Assembly (NCBI GenBank): GCA_011364975.1
Contig: RDOE01000011.1
Span: 1 to 59,427 of the forward strand
DNA from: Promethearchaeota archaeon
Lineage (GTDB): Archaea > Asgardarchaeota > Lokiarchaeia > Sigyniarchaeales > SOKP01
Direction: 5' to 3'
Length of the DNA: 59,427 nt
How positions within the stretch are numbered: position 1 is the stretch's first letter; each line of letters begins with the position of its first letter. Made by a program: the position numbers and the translations under genes. The notes under the pieces are model-generated. The model made no database searches and had not been told where the DNA came from. It worked only from the letters and a program-made list of their open reading frames with translations. Positions 18,626-27,922 of this stretch are shown one piece after another.

Positions 18626-19795
18626 ACTGAAAATAGTAATTAGACAAAGACTTTTTCTTATATTATGTAAAATATGTCGTCTAGGTCGCCTTCCTTTTTT
18701 ATCAAGTAATTCTGGAAAGAGGCTGTGATCATGAGGTTCTGTCTGATACCAATATGCTGTAGATGACCAATCATCTTTTCGATGATTATCGTGTCCATGT
18801 TCTATAGTTATCACAATTTTTTGATTGAAGTAAATAGGATCCTCAATGTGATATCGATAATAAGAAATTTTACCCCACCAATTAAAGCCACCAGGCTTTA
18901 TTGTCCCGTGATATGGTGCAAAATATTTCTGACGTTGCCCCCATGCTTGATTTACATAATCTTCAGTACCAGTTCCATGCAATGTTACAACCTGTTTATC
19001 AATATCCTCATCGATAAATATCATGTCATCTCCCTCTCCAGGCCAATTAAAAAACCAAGGCATGAAGGTGATATTATCAATATCTAAATGGCAACCAACA
19101 TAATGTCCCTTCCCAGACGCTTTTAAAATTGTATAATTTTCATTAAGCGGATCAGTATTGCGTCCTCCATATGAAAACTTTATTGGCTTTCTTTTAACAT
19201 ACTTCTTGTTATTTTTTGGATTAACTTTTTTGGGGATGACAGGATTTTCTCTCCTCCATTGAGCATGAAATCGACCAAGCTTAATACCGTCTTGAAAGCC
19301 ATCCTCGTAAAATTCATAATCGATATAATAAAAAAATCGAATTGACTTGCTGGTATCATTTTCTATTGTTATTTTAAATCCATTCGAAAAAGGCATAGGC
19401 CACCAAGAATTAAATCCTTTTCCAGATTGGGGACTCATTTGTAATGGCAAGGATACAAAATTCTTATGTTTAGCATGGCCTAAACCGAAAAAGTCTCCTA
19501 TAGGTACTTCCACACTTGGTTTATCCAATGATTCATTGTCCCAATACATCCTAATAATAATGTTGCGTAGATAATAACGCTCATTACTTGCAATTGTACA
19601 CCAGATATGTCTTATAATCCCTGATCCTTCTACATCTGCTATTTTTACCGTTTCACTCGGACTAATATCTTTCCAGTCATAATTCCCTTCATTTTTGTCA
19701 TAACTAGAAACACGTTTACTCTTAATTGAATCAGACTTTAATTCTATTATATTGTTCAAACTTGAAATACCTAATCTCATAGGTTTTATTAGCAC
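18590..19795 (-). CDS. DUF2961 / glycoside hydrolase family 172 protein with C-terminal TM
   Basis: GSGIIRHIWCT, PSVEVPIGDFFG, MPF, FHAQWRR, GEGDDMIFID, HGTGTEDY, IEHGHDN. Confidence 0.9.
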   Translation of the reverse strand: MLIKPMRLGISSLNNIIELKSDSIKSKRVSSYDKNEGNYDWKDISPSETVKIADVEGSGIIRHIWCTIASNERYYLRNIIIRMYWDNESLDKPSVEVPIGDFFGLGHAKHKNFVSLPLQMSPQSGKGFNSWWPMPFSNGFKITIENDTSKSIRFFYYIDYEFYEDGFQDGIKLGRFHAQWRRENPVIPKKVNPKNNKKYVKRKPIKFSYGGRNTDPLNENYTILKASGKGHYVGCHLDIDNITFMPWFFNWPGEGDDMIFIDEDIDKQVVTLHGTGTEDYVNQAWGQRQKYFAPYHGTIKPGGFNWWGKISYYRYHIEDPIYFNQKIVITIEHGHDNHRKDDWSSTAYWYQTEPHDHSLFPELLDKKGRRPRRHILHNIRKSLCLITIFSLICYGIFLIIF

Positions 19796-19933
19796 TTATT
19801 CCTATATTAATGTTCAAGTCTCATTTTAGTAAATAATTCTGATTTATCATTTATGAAATAAAACCTTAAATAATTAAGAACTCAAGATAATTATAATAGA
19901 ATTTTTTAAAACAATTTTGAAAAGTGAATTAGA

Positions 19934-20605
19934 ATGGTTTTAGAAGCGGAACCTGACAGAATTTCTTTCTTTAAACAATATTTTTCTGTAATCATATTAG
20001 CCGCGAATATTCTTGTATTTATCTGGCAGTTAATGGACCCTACGGGTAATATGCACATTGAAGCAGCATTTGTTCCAGCTGAATTTTTTGCAGGTGAAAA
20101 ACTATGGACAATTTTTACTTCAATGTTTATGCATGGTGATTTTGTTCATATCATTATGAATATGTGGTTTTTCCTTGTAATAACAGATAATTGCGAGCAT
20201 GCAATGGGACATATACTATATTTAATAACATATTTCGCATCAGGTATTTTTGCAACATTACTTCATGCGTGGAGTACAGTGTTTATTCCGTTCTGGGGAG
20301 TGACTTACGCACAATTCATTCCCTCTTTAGGAGCATCCGGTGCTATATTTGGTCTAATGGCAGTATACGCAATCCTTTATCCTAAAAATAAATTTTATAT
20401 TTTAGGTGGAACTTATATGCGAAGAATATCGGCAGGATATTTCATTATTACCTACTTTATAACTGAACTAATGTATGCATTTTTCTCATTTGAATTAACG
20501 GGAACTGCACATTTTGCACATGTAGGTGGTTTTGTAGCAGGAGCAATTATAGCAGGAATCTTTAAAGCAGCAAGAAGACCCTCTTCTCAAAAGAAAAATG
20601 TTTGA
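19934..20605 (+). CDS. Rhomboid family intramembrane serine protease
   Basis: TSMFMHGDFVHIIMNM, GASGAIFG, AHFAHVGGF. Confidence 0.95.
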   Translation: MVLEAEPDRISFFKQYFSVIILAANILVFIWQLMDPTGNMHIEAAFVPAEFFAGEKLWTIFTSMFMHGDFVHIIMNMWFFLVITDNCEHAMGHILYLITYFASGIFATLLHAWSTVFIPFWGVTYAQFIPSLGASGAIFGLMAVYAILYPKNKFYILGGTYMRRISAGYFIITYFITELMYAFFSFELTGTAHFAHVGGFVAGAIIAGIFKAARRPSSQKKNV

Positions 20606-20700
20606 ATTTTAACTTAATAAAAACAATCTCAATTTTTTTTTCTCCTAAAATTTTTTGAATAAAGAATTATTAATTCAACCAATATAAAAAGATTAAAGAC

Positions 20701-22101
20701 GTGTTAAAAATGCCTTCTAATAATAATAGACCGGGTTCTCGAACCGAAATCGCAATTATAGGCATGGGATATGTTGGGATCCCCATGGCAGCATTGCTGG
20801 CAGATGTAGATGATTTTTACGTTACGGGAATTCAAAGGAGATCTCAACGCTCTGGTTGGAAGATTGATTGGCTTAATTCTGGAAAAAATCCTTTTGAAGG
20901 AGATGAGCCAGGATTAGATGATTTGATAAAAAGGGTAGTTCAAAATGGTAAGTTTAAAGTTAGTGATAATTACGATGCTGTTGATAATGCGGATTTTATT
21001 CTAATTGATGTGCAAACTCCAGTAGATGATGATCGAATTCCAAGATATGAATCCCTTCTTGAAGTATCTCAGAATATATCTAAACACCTTAAAAAGGGAG
21101 CCACAATTATACTCGAATCTACTGTAGCTCCTGGAACAACTGATAGTTTAGTTTGCCCAATACTGGAAGAAGGAAGTGGCTTAAAAAGGAGTAGAGATTT
21201 CTATCTTGTATTTTCTTTTGAACGAGTTATGCCAGGTAAATTATTGGAATATATTACAGATTTTCCACGAGTGATTGGAGGAGGGTGCAAACAAGCTAAC
21301 GAAAATGCAAAATTTTTATACGGGAAAGTAGTTAAAAAAGCATTGCAAGTTACAGATACTCTCACTGCAGAATTAACCAAATGTATTGAAAATGCTTATC
21401 GAGATGTTAATATCGCATTTGCAAATGAAATGGCTTTGCTCTGTGAGGATTTTAATAGAAATATATATGAAATAATTGGGTTTATAAATCAACGTCATGA
21501 TAGAATGATGCATTATCCTGGATCTGGCGTAGGAGGTCACTGTTTAACCAAGGATCCTTGGTTACTTTTGCATGGATATAATAAGTATACCATCCGTAAG
21601 AATGAAGCTAAAATTAAAATAGTTCCAGATTCCAGAAATTTAAATGATTACATGCCTTATCATATGGTTGAATTAATGGAAGAAGTATTTAGGGAATCAC
21701 ATAAACTTGTTGATAATATAAAGATTGTTTTATTGGGAGTATCCTATAAAGCAAATACAGATGATACTCGAAATACACCTACAGAAAATATTATTAAGGT
21801 ACTCCAGAGTCGATATCATTCTCATAATATAAACTATATTGCTCATGATCCTTATGTTAATGAAAGAGATTATAGACTCACAGAATTAACAACCAATTTT
21901 GATGAAGCGGTTAAAGGGGCTGATGTATTAATATTTGCAACTAATCATAGAGAATATTATGAAATTGATTTAGATGAACTTAAAAAGAAAGTAAGAACTC
22001 CTATTATAATCGACGGGAGGAATATCTTTAACAAGAAAGTTATTGAAGAAAAAGGTTTTATCTACCGTAAAGTTGGTGAAGGTCCGGAAAAACCTTTCTA
22101 A
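20701..22101 (+). CDS. UDP-N-acetyl-hexosamine (ManNAc/GlcNAc) 6-dehydrogenase family
   Basis: IIGMGYVGIP, VQTP, LESTVAPGTT, ERVMPG, ENAYRDVNIAFANE, PGSGVGGHC, DGRN. Confidence 0.92.
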   Translation: MLKMPSNNNRPGSRTEIAIIGMGYVGIPMAALLADVDDFYVTGIQRRSQRSGWKIDWLNSGKNPFEGDEPGLDDLIKRVVQNGKFKVSDNYDAVDNADFILIDVQTPVDDDRIPRYESLLEVSQNISKHLKKGATIILESTVAPGTTDSLVCPILEEGSGLKRSRDFYLVFSFERVMPGKLLEYITDFPRVIGGGCKQANENAKFLYGKVVKKALQVTDTLTAELTKCIENAYRDVNIAFANEMALLCEDFNRNIYEIIGFINQRHDRMMHYPGSGVGGHCLTKDPWLLLHGYNKYTIRKNEAKIKIVPDSRNLNDYMPYHMVELMEEVFRESHKLVDNIKIVLLGVSYKANTDDTRNTPTENIIKVLQSRYHSHNINYIAHDPYVNERDYRLTELTTNFDEAVKGADVLIFATNHREYYEIDLDELKKKVRTPIIIDGRNIFNKKVIEEKGFIYRKVGEGPEKPF

Positions 22102-22213
22102 ATACCATTCAACAATTTACTATAACTTATTTTTAAATCTCAAGTTCTTGCAGAACCTTGAAATAAATCCTAGCATTTAAAAATTTATCTCAAGAGATTA
22201 TTATTTACTTTTT

Positions 22214-22351
22214 TTACTTATTATTAATTTTGGCTTTCTTTTTTTTTCTAATAGAGTTAATATAGGTGATTATGCCATCCACAATGCCTCATCCTGTACA
22301 AAACTGCTCTTCTTCATAAGGCCGTTTTATTTTATCTTTCCATTCAGACAT
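22214..22351 (-). CDS. Candidate 45-aa selenoprotein with CxxU motif (in-frame TGA at codon 21)
   Basis: MSEWKDKIKRPYEEEQFCTG(U)GIVDGIITYINSIRKKKKAKINNK*. TGA at 22289-22291, three codons after a Cys; the frame stays open and protein-like for 24 more codons. Confidence 0.5.
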
Positions 22352-22478
22352 TTTTCTAAGGTGGGTCTATTTTTTTAATTAGAATAAAAAAGAACTAAAT
22401 TAAAAGAATAATTATTATATTTAATAAGAGTTGAATAATTTGTTTATTTATTAGAATAGCGTTAAGAGTGAGTTAAAT

Positions 22479-22757
22479 ATGGTATTTAAAGACTTGAAGC
22501 ATGAACTTGCTGAAATGAGAAAAAGTATGGATAAAATAACTATGGAACTTCATGAAACCAATATTGCTTTAAGAGAGTCGCTGAAGATGACTGCAGACTC
22601 TATTAGAGAGATGAGTGAAAACTTTTCTAAATCATTAGAGCAGACTCTAATTGCTATGCAGGATATGAAAATTCAGATGGACATTAAAGATACCATTATT
22701 AAATCACTTGGTATTGAAGGAATATTACCAGATTTTTTAAAAACAAGAAAAAAGTAA
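22479..22757 (+). CDS. Small coiled-coil hypothetical protein
   Basis: Heptad-like helical sequence, GAGTGAG SD-like element upstream. Confidence 0.75.
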   Translation: MVFKDLKHELAEMRKSMDKITMELHETNIALRESLKMTADSIREMSENFSKSLEQTLIAMQDMKIQMDIKDTIIKSLGIEGILPDFLKTRKK

Positions 22758-22808
22758 AGGTTCTATTTTATATTTAGGCATAAAAAATAATATAAAAATA
22801 AATAAATA

Positions 22809-22994
22809 TTATTGATTTTGCCATCTTTTGATAAAAAAATATAGGATAATTAAGGATATTCCATATATTACCGAAACTAGAAACCAGATAAGAGTTTCTT
22901 CTATATTATTTGCATACAATGCTGCTAAAGTGCGATAAATAAAAAAGATGATTAGTATTGATAAGAGTTGAAACCGCTGTTTAATTTTATCCAT
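22809..22994 (-). CDS. Small two-TM membrane protein
   Basis: ATG start, two hydrophobic helices, fills an otherwise empty gap. Confidence 0.65.
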   Translation of the reverse strand: MDKIKQRFQLLSILIIFFIYRTLAALYANNIEETLIWFLVSVIYGISLIILYFFIKRWQNQ

Positions 22995-23079
22995 AATGTC
23001 AATTAATATGCTGTTAAATTTAATTAATAATATTCATAATAATCAATATTATAAAAGACTTAGAATATTAAAAACAGAA

Positions 23080-23280
23080 ATGTTGAAAAAACCACCAAAT
23101 TGTTATATTTGTGGAAAAAATTGTGTTGATATATTAGATAGGTGTCATTATTGTATTTGCGATATTAATATTTGTGATACTTGTTTGAACTCAGTGAAGA
23201 AGAATGATAAAGTATGGATTTGCCCAAGTTGTCATGAAGAAAGGAATATTGATACCAGTAAGTTGTTTCGAGACAAATAA
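23080..23280 (+). CDS. Stand-alone C4C4 RING-type zinc finger protein (Not4-like spacing)
   Basis: Likely start ATG 23080; C-x2-C-x13-C-x-C-x4-C-x2-C-x12-C-x2-C with W.CP.C. Confidence 0.75.
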   Translation: MLKKPPNCYICGKNCVDILDRCHYCICDINICDTCLNSVKKNDKVWICPSCHEERNIDTSKLFRDK

Positions 23281-23335
23281 TAGAATTTATCTCTGACTTT
23301 AATTTGAATTTTAGATATTAATTATTAGGAATGAA

Positions 23336-23407
23336 AAGCCAATGATGAAATATTTATTAATATGATTCTCGGTCTGAAAATGAAATCATCAAGGAAGTCT
23401 GAGGCTT
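23336..23407 (+). ncRNA. Box C/D-type sRNA candidate
   Basis: Terminal stem AAGCC(23336-40)/GGCTT(23403-07) directly flanking C box ATGATGA (23342-48) and D box CTGA (23399-402). Internal CTGA (23374-77) as possible D'. Intergenic. Confidence 0.72.
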
Positions 23408-23496
23408 ATTGAGATTTTAAAGCATAAATTAATAGAAACAAAAAATTACAATAAAATAAAAATGAAAAATAGAAAACCAGACTAGGTGAATAATTA

Positions 23497-23982
23497 CTGG
23501 GTAAAATTTCAAAGGTTCTTGAAATAGAAAATTGCAATAATGATGAATTGCTTAGCGTGATTTATAAATCAGATTTTTGGGAAAAAATTGCTCCAACTAA
23601 AAGGATCAACGCAAACTTTGTTGCCCCTAATGTGCTCTATTCCAAAATTCATGATGAGATAGAAATTTTGAAGTTCCCGATTGAAATAGAAGGAGAATTA
23701 GTTTTGATAGATAAAGGAGAAGAGGTAGGGAAAGGAAGAATTATTGAATTTAATGTGAGAAACAATAAAGATATAAAAGAATTAGAGGGTCGAATTCGAG
23801 TTAAGTATTTATCACCAAAAGCATCTAAAGTAGGTATATTTATAGAAAATTTTACTTTAGCAGATAATTTTCTTAAATTATTGGGATCAGCAGCAGAATT
23901 CATTGTTCAGTCGAAAATAACTGATCTTTTGAGAAATTTAGAAAAATTTTGTAAATCTGGTAATCTAGCACAATTTCTTTAA
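23497..23982 (+). CDS. SRPBCC/START-like (CoxG-like) hypothetical protein, probable CTG start
   Basis: Frame open from CTG 23497, directly after SD AGGTGA and an in-frame TAA. Beta-rich core plus C-terminal helix with LRNLEKFC. Confidence 0.6.
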   Translation: MGKISKVLEIENCNNDELLSVIYKSDFWEKIAPTKRINANFVAPNVLYSKIHDEIEILKFPIEIEGELVLIDKGEEVGKGRIIEFNVRNNKDIKELEGRIRVKYLSPKASKVGIFIENFTLADNFLKLLGSAAEFIVQSKITDLLRNLEKFCKSGNLAQFL

Positions 23983-24071
23983 TGAAAAATTAATTTTTGT
24001 TTTAACAAAGACATTTATTTAAATTATTAATTATAATACTCAGAGTATTATTTAATAACTTGTAATATATT

Positions 24072-24920
24072 ATGAACATCTGGGTCTTAGATTCTGAAAG
24101 CGGTATTACTCTACTATATAAAGCTTACATGGATCTCCCTTTAGATGAGGATCTTGTGTCTGGACTATTAGCTGCCTTAAATCAATTTACAGTATTTGAA
24201 TTCCAACAAGGGATTGAAAGTATCGATATGGGGGGTTTGCGATGGGTATATCTTGAAGAGAAAGAAGCAAATCTCCTATTTGTAGCAGCAGCAGATAAAA
24301 ATGTTAGTTCAATTATTTTGAAGGCTCGATTAAGTATTATAAAACAAACTTTTCTGGAAAAGTACGTATTAAGTGATCTAGAAAAATGGAAGAAAACATG
24401 GAAAGGAAATACAGACCTCTTTACTCCTTTTAAACAGATTATAGATGAATATTATTCCCAATGGTTAAGAGCAGAAGATATCTCTACAATCGCGGAGTAT
24501 TGGGACATTTTGGGGGTATTCCAACAAATATTAAATCTACTTATGAATGTAATTGAAGCTCATGTGAAACCAAACCAGAGGGAAGTTATCTATAATCGAA
24601 TAGAGTCTATGTTTCAAAATTATTTAACTCATGATTATGTCAAGAATAATCCAGAATTGAGTAAATTTGCGTTTAATAGAATGTCAGGTATTAACATTAT
24701 TAATATAGATCCAACAAATTGTGATATGCTTGTTGTAGAAAAACAAGTTATTAATCTCATAAGAAGAATTGTTGAAATGGTAAAGAAAGAAGAAGGTTAT
24801 TATACCAGTTTAAAATATTTCATTGAAGAAAATATATTTGAGTACTTAATTTCAAATGTTTCATTATTAAATGAATTAAATTTATTCAAATTCTTTTTAA
24901 AGCTTTTCTTATTAAATTAA
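24072..24920 (+). CDS. Longin-domain protein (eukaryotic signature type)
   Basis: IWVLDSESGITLLY..DEDLVSGLLAALNQF..IESIDMG..LLFVAAAD. Confidence 0.8.
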   Translation: MNIWVLDSESGITLLYKAYMDLPLDEDLVSGLLAALNQFTVFEFQQGIESIDMGGLRWVYLEEKEANLLFVAAADKNVSSIILKARLSIIKQTFLEKYVLSDLEKWKKTWKGNTDLFTPFKQIIDEYYSQWLRAEDISTIAEYWDILGVFQQILNLLMNVIEAHVKPNQREVIYNRIESMFQNYLTHDYVKNNPELSKFAFNRMSGINIINIDPTNCDMLVVEKQVINLIRRIVEMVKKEEGYYTSLKYFIEENIFEYLISNVSLLNELNLFKFFLKLFLLN

Positions 24921-25042
24921 TATATTAATTCCGTCTCAATTCTTTATTAATGAATACTAAGATTTAACTTAACCTAATGATTTAATTAGATTTATTAAAG
25001 CTTATTTATTTAAAATATTATTGAAAGTCTAAATTCTCTTGG

Positions 25043-26425
25043 TTGATACTTTTGGATATACCATTATTGATATTGCTTTTTATTCTATTTGCCTTTATCA
25101 TAGCTAGCTATACAATTAAGGATTTAGACTTTGTCGCTATTTCTCTATTATGCATGTTCTTTGGAGCATTAATAACTGGATTAAAAACAGGATTTGAAAT
25201 TGGAACCTTTGTAGGATTTATTGAATGGGATGCTATAATCGTAATTTTAAGTATGAGTATTATAACCAAAATCGCTCAAGATTCTAATGTGTTAGAATAT
25301 GTTGCAGTAAAGCTTTTCAAACTTTCGAAAGGGAATCGCTCTTTATTTTTATATCTCCTTTGTGTAATAACTACTCTTTTAGCAGCAATTATTACTGATG
25401 TGGTAGTTGTACTGATTTTAGCCCCTGTAGTTGTAAGACTTTGCCATTTTCTTAAAATTAGAGCAGGTACCTATCTTCTTGGGATGACCATATGCATCAA
25501 TATAGGCTCTATTATTACCCCTTTTTCGAGTGGTGAAAATATTATCATTTCAGATGCGTTCAAATTAAATACTATATATTTCATAGAAAATTATTGGATA
25601 TTCTCTTTCTTCCTATTATTTGCAACTATATACATAATTGAGAGGTTCATTTTATCTAAAGAACCTGAGATCGAAGAAGAACAAAAAAGATTTGTTTTGG
25701 ATTTGGTTGATGCGGATATTATGATAAAAAACAAGAAAATGTTTTACTTCAATAGTGTTGCAATTATTATTACTATCGCATTATTCGCAATTTTACCTGT
25801 TTTATATTTAACAGCAATCTTTTCGGCACTTATTCTAGTTTTAGTAAATAAAAATTACACAAAAAAATCTATGAGAGACCTCTTAAAAGATATTGAATGG
25901 GAAATTATATTTTTCTTTATATCCTTATATGTTATCGTAAGAAGTATGGGAATTGCAGGATTTAGAGAAATCTTTACCAATATTCCTTTTGAAATTTTTA
26001 ATCCAATTGCTGTATCATTCATCTTATTAATATTCATTAGTGTCATTTCTGGTTTTGTTGCTAATACACCAACAGCTTTAATATTTATTCCAATAATTGA
26101 TACATTGATAGTTGATTTTGGATTTCCTTCGCTTCCACTATTTTTCTCATTCATAATTGCTATTAACCTTGGTGGAAATTTGATTCCACAGGGTGCGGCT
26201 GCTGATATGATGACTCTAAAGGTAGCTCAAGATTCTGGAGTAGAAAATTTAGGATATAAGAGGCTTCTAAAAACTGGCGCTTTATTTGCATTTATCCATA
26301 TAGCATTTGCCTTATTTTATCTACTGATAATAATTAATCCACTATTTTCAATCTTATTTATAATAGCGATTTTAACTCTGGTTGTCTTGATAGTACTACC
26401 ATACTTGAGAAGATATAAAAAATAA
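25043..26425 (+). CDS. ArsB/NhaD/SLC13 (IT superfamily) permease
   Basis: IEWDAI, NIGSIITPFSSGENIII, IEWEIIFFF, SGFVANTP, NLGGNLIPQGAAA. Confidence 0.9.
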   Translation: MILLDIPLLILLFILFAFIIASYTIKDLDFVAISLLCMFFGALITGLKTGFEIGTFVGFIEWDAIIVILSMSIITKIAQDSNVLEYVAVKLFKLSKGNRSLFLYLLCVITTLLAAIITDVVVVLILAPVVVRLCHFLKIRAGTYLLGMTICINIGSIITPFSSGENIIISDAFKLNTIYFIENYWIFSFFLLFATIYIIERFILSKEPEIEEEQKRFVLDLVDADIMIKNKKMFYFNSVAIIITIALFAILPVLYLTAIFSALILVLVNKNYTKKSMRDLLKDIEWEIIFFFISLYVIVRSMGIAGFREIFTNIPFEIFNPIAVSFILLIFISVISGFVANTPTALIFIPIIDTLIVDFGFPSLPLFFSFIIAINLGGNLIPQGAAADMMTLKVAQDSGVENLGYKRLLKTGALFAFIHIAFALFYLLIIINPLFSILFIIAILTLVVLIVLPYLRRYKK

Positions 26426-26437
26426 GGAATAAAGAAA

Positions 26438-27706
26438 TTAAGGAAAAACTCCTCTTAATTCTATTGCTCTCGCTATACGAGATACAGCTATAATATATGC
26501 TGCTGTGCGAAGGGGAATCTTTCTCTCTTGAGAAATTTGATATGTTTCTTCAAACGCTTCTATAATTATCCTTTTTAACTCTTCATTAATTCTATCAAGT
26601 TTCCAAAAATAAGAATGAATATCTTGAATATATTCAAAATATGATACACAAACACCTCCGCTATTTGCTAGGATGTCAGGTAATACATGTATTCCTTTTT
26701 TATATAATATTTTATCAGCTTCAGGGGTTGTAGGACCATTTGCTCCTTCAACGATTATTTTACATTTTATCTTTTCAGCATTTTTATCTGTAATTTGGTT
26801 TTCTATTGCAGAAGGTATTAACACATCACATTTAGAAGTTAGTAATTCATCATTTGAAATGAGTTTATAATTATTATCCTTATAATCTTTTAAATAATTA
26901 CCCTCTTTTGTCCATTTTAATAATTTCTCAATATTTAATCCATCTCCACAATAAAGACCAGTCGATATGTCAGATATTGCCAATATCTTACATCCATGAT
27001 TATATAATAGTTCTGCAATCGTCCCTCCAACATTACCAAATCCTTGAACAATAATGGATAAATCTTTTAATTTTAAATTAAGTTTCTCACACAATGCTTG
27101 GAGTACAAAGTACAATCCCATACCTGTGGCTGGTTCTCTCCCTACTGAACCACCTATTTCGATAGGTTTTCCTGTTACAACTCCAGGTACAGATCTACCC
27201 TTTTGCATAGAATACACATCCATTATCCAAGCCATGATTTGTGCATTTGTATTTACATCTGGTGCTGGAATATCAATATCAGGGCCTATAATATTGATAA
27301 TTTCTGCTGTATAGCGACGTGTGAGCCTTTCCAACTCTGCTTTGGATAACTTCTTTGGATCAACACATACACCTCCTTTAGCTCCACCCAATGGGAGATT
27401 AAGAAGTGAGGTTTTCCATGTCATCCACGTAGCTAATGCCTTAACCTCATCTAAATACACATGAGGAGAATACCTTATACCTCCTTTTCCCGGACCTCGA
27501 ACAGTAGAATGATGAACTCGATATCCTTCAAAAATTTTGATTGAACCATCATCCATCTTTATCGGAATTGATACTATAAGAGCTCTTTCTATTCTCTTAA
27601 GATATTCTGTAATATTAGGATCAAGTTTCATTTCTTTAGCCACAATATCAATTTGGGTTTTTGCTACTTCATAAGGGTTTATTTCTTCAACCATTTTTAT
27701 ATTCAC
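26438..27706 (-). CDS. gdhA: Glutamate dehydrogenase (Glu/Leu/Phe/Val family), copy 1
   Basis: [58 protein letters not shown]. Confidence 0.95.
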   Translation of the reverse strand: MNIKMVEEINPYEVAKTQIDIVAKEMKLDPNITEYLKRIERALIVSIPIKMDDGSIKIFEGYRVHHSTVRGPGKGGIRYSPHVYLDEVKALATWMTWKTSLLNLPLGGAKGGVCVDPKKLSKAELERLTRRYTAEIINIIGPDIDIPAPDVNTNAQIMAWIMDVYSMQKGRSVPGVVTGKPIEIGGSVGREPATGMGLYFVLQALCEKLNLKLKDLSIIVQGFGNVGGTIAELLYNHGCKILAISDISTGLYCGDGLNIEKLLKWTKEGNYLKDYKDNNYKLISNDELLTSKCDVLIPSAIENQITDKNAEKIKCKIIVEGANGPTTPEADKILYKKGIHVLPDILANSGGVCVSYFEYIQDIHSYFWKLDRINEELKRIIIEAFEETYQISQERKIPLRTAAYIIAVSRIARAIELRGVFP

Positions 27707-27807
27707 CTATTAGAATTTTTAATTAGTATCCACATTTAATTAACAAGAAGTACAAGGTTGAATATAATCAATTTATTAAATTTTTTTTTGTTTTTGAAAA
27801 AGCTTTG

Positions 27808-27821
27808 GGGATATTTTTCCC
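27808..27821. promoter_or_regulatory. Palindromic operator GGGA-N6-TCCC between divergent gdh genes
   Basis: GGGA-TATTTT-TCCC(AA) in a very AT-rich spacer; same architecture at 37886-37899. Confidence 0.6.
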
Positions 27822-27922
27822 AAGAAAATTTAAAATTTGTTCAAACATAACCCTAATTTATTATCAAAAAGTGAAAAATGTTAACTTTTTAAAATAACTA
27901 TCTCCGCTGAGTAAATGAAATT

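Noticed and set aside
22996-23079. N-terminal extension of the RING ORF
   Set aside because: AT-rich promoter-like DNA abutting a divergent start; ATG 23080 is more plausible
23336-23407. ATGA...TGA element as a SECIS
   Set aside because: No helix II above the core, wrong strand and position for the CxxU ORF; RUGAUGA/CUGA plus terminal stem fits box C/D better
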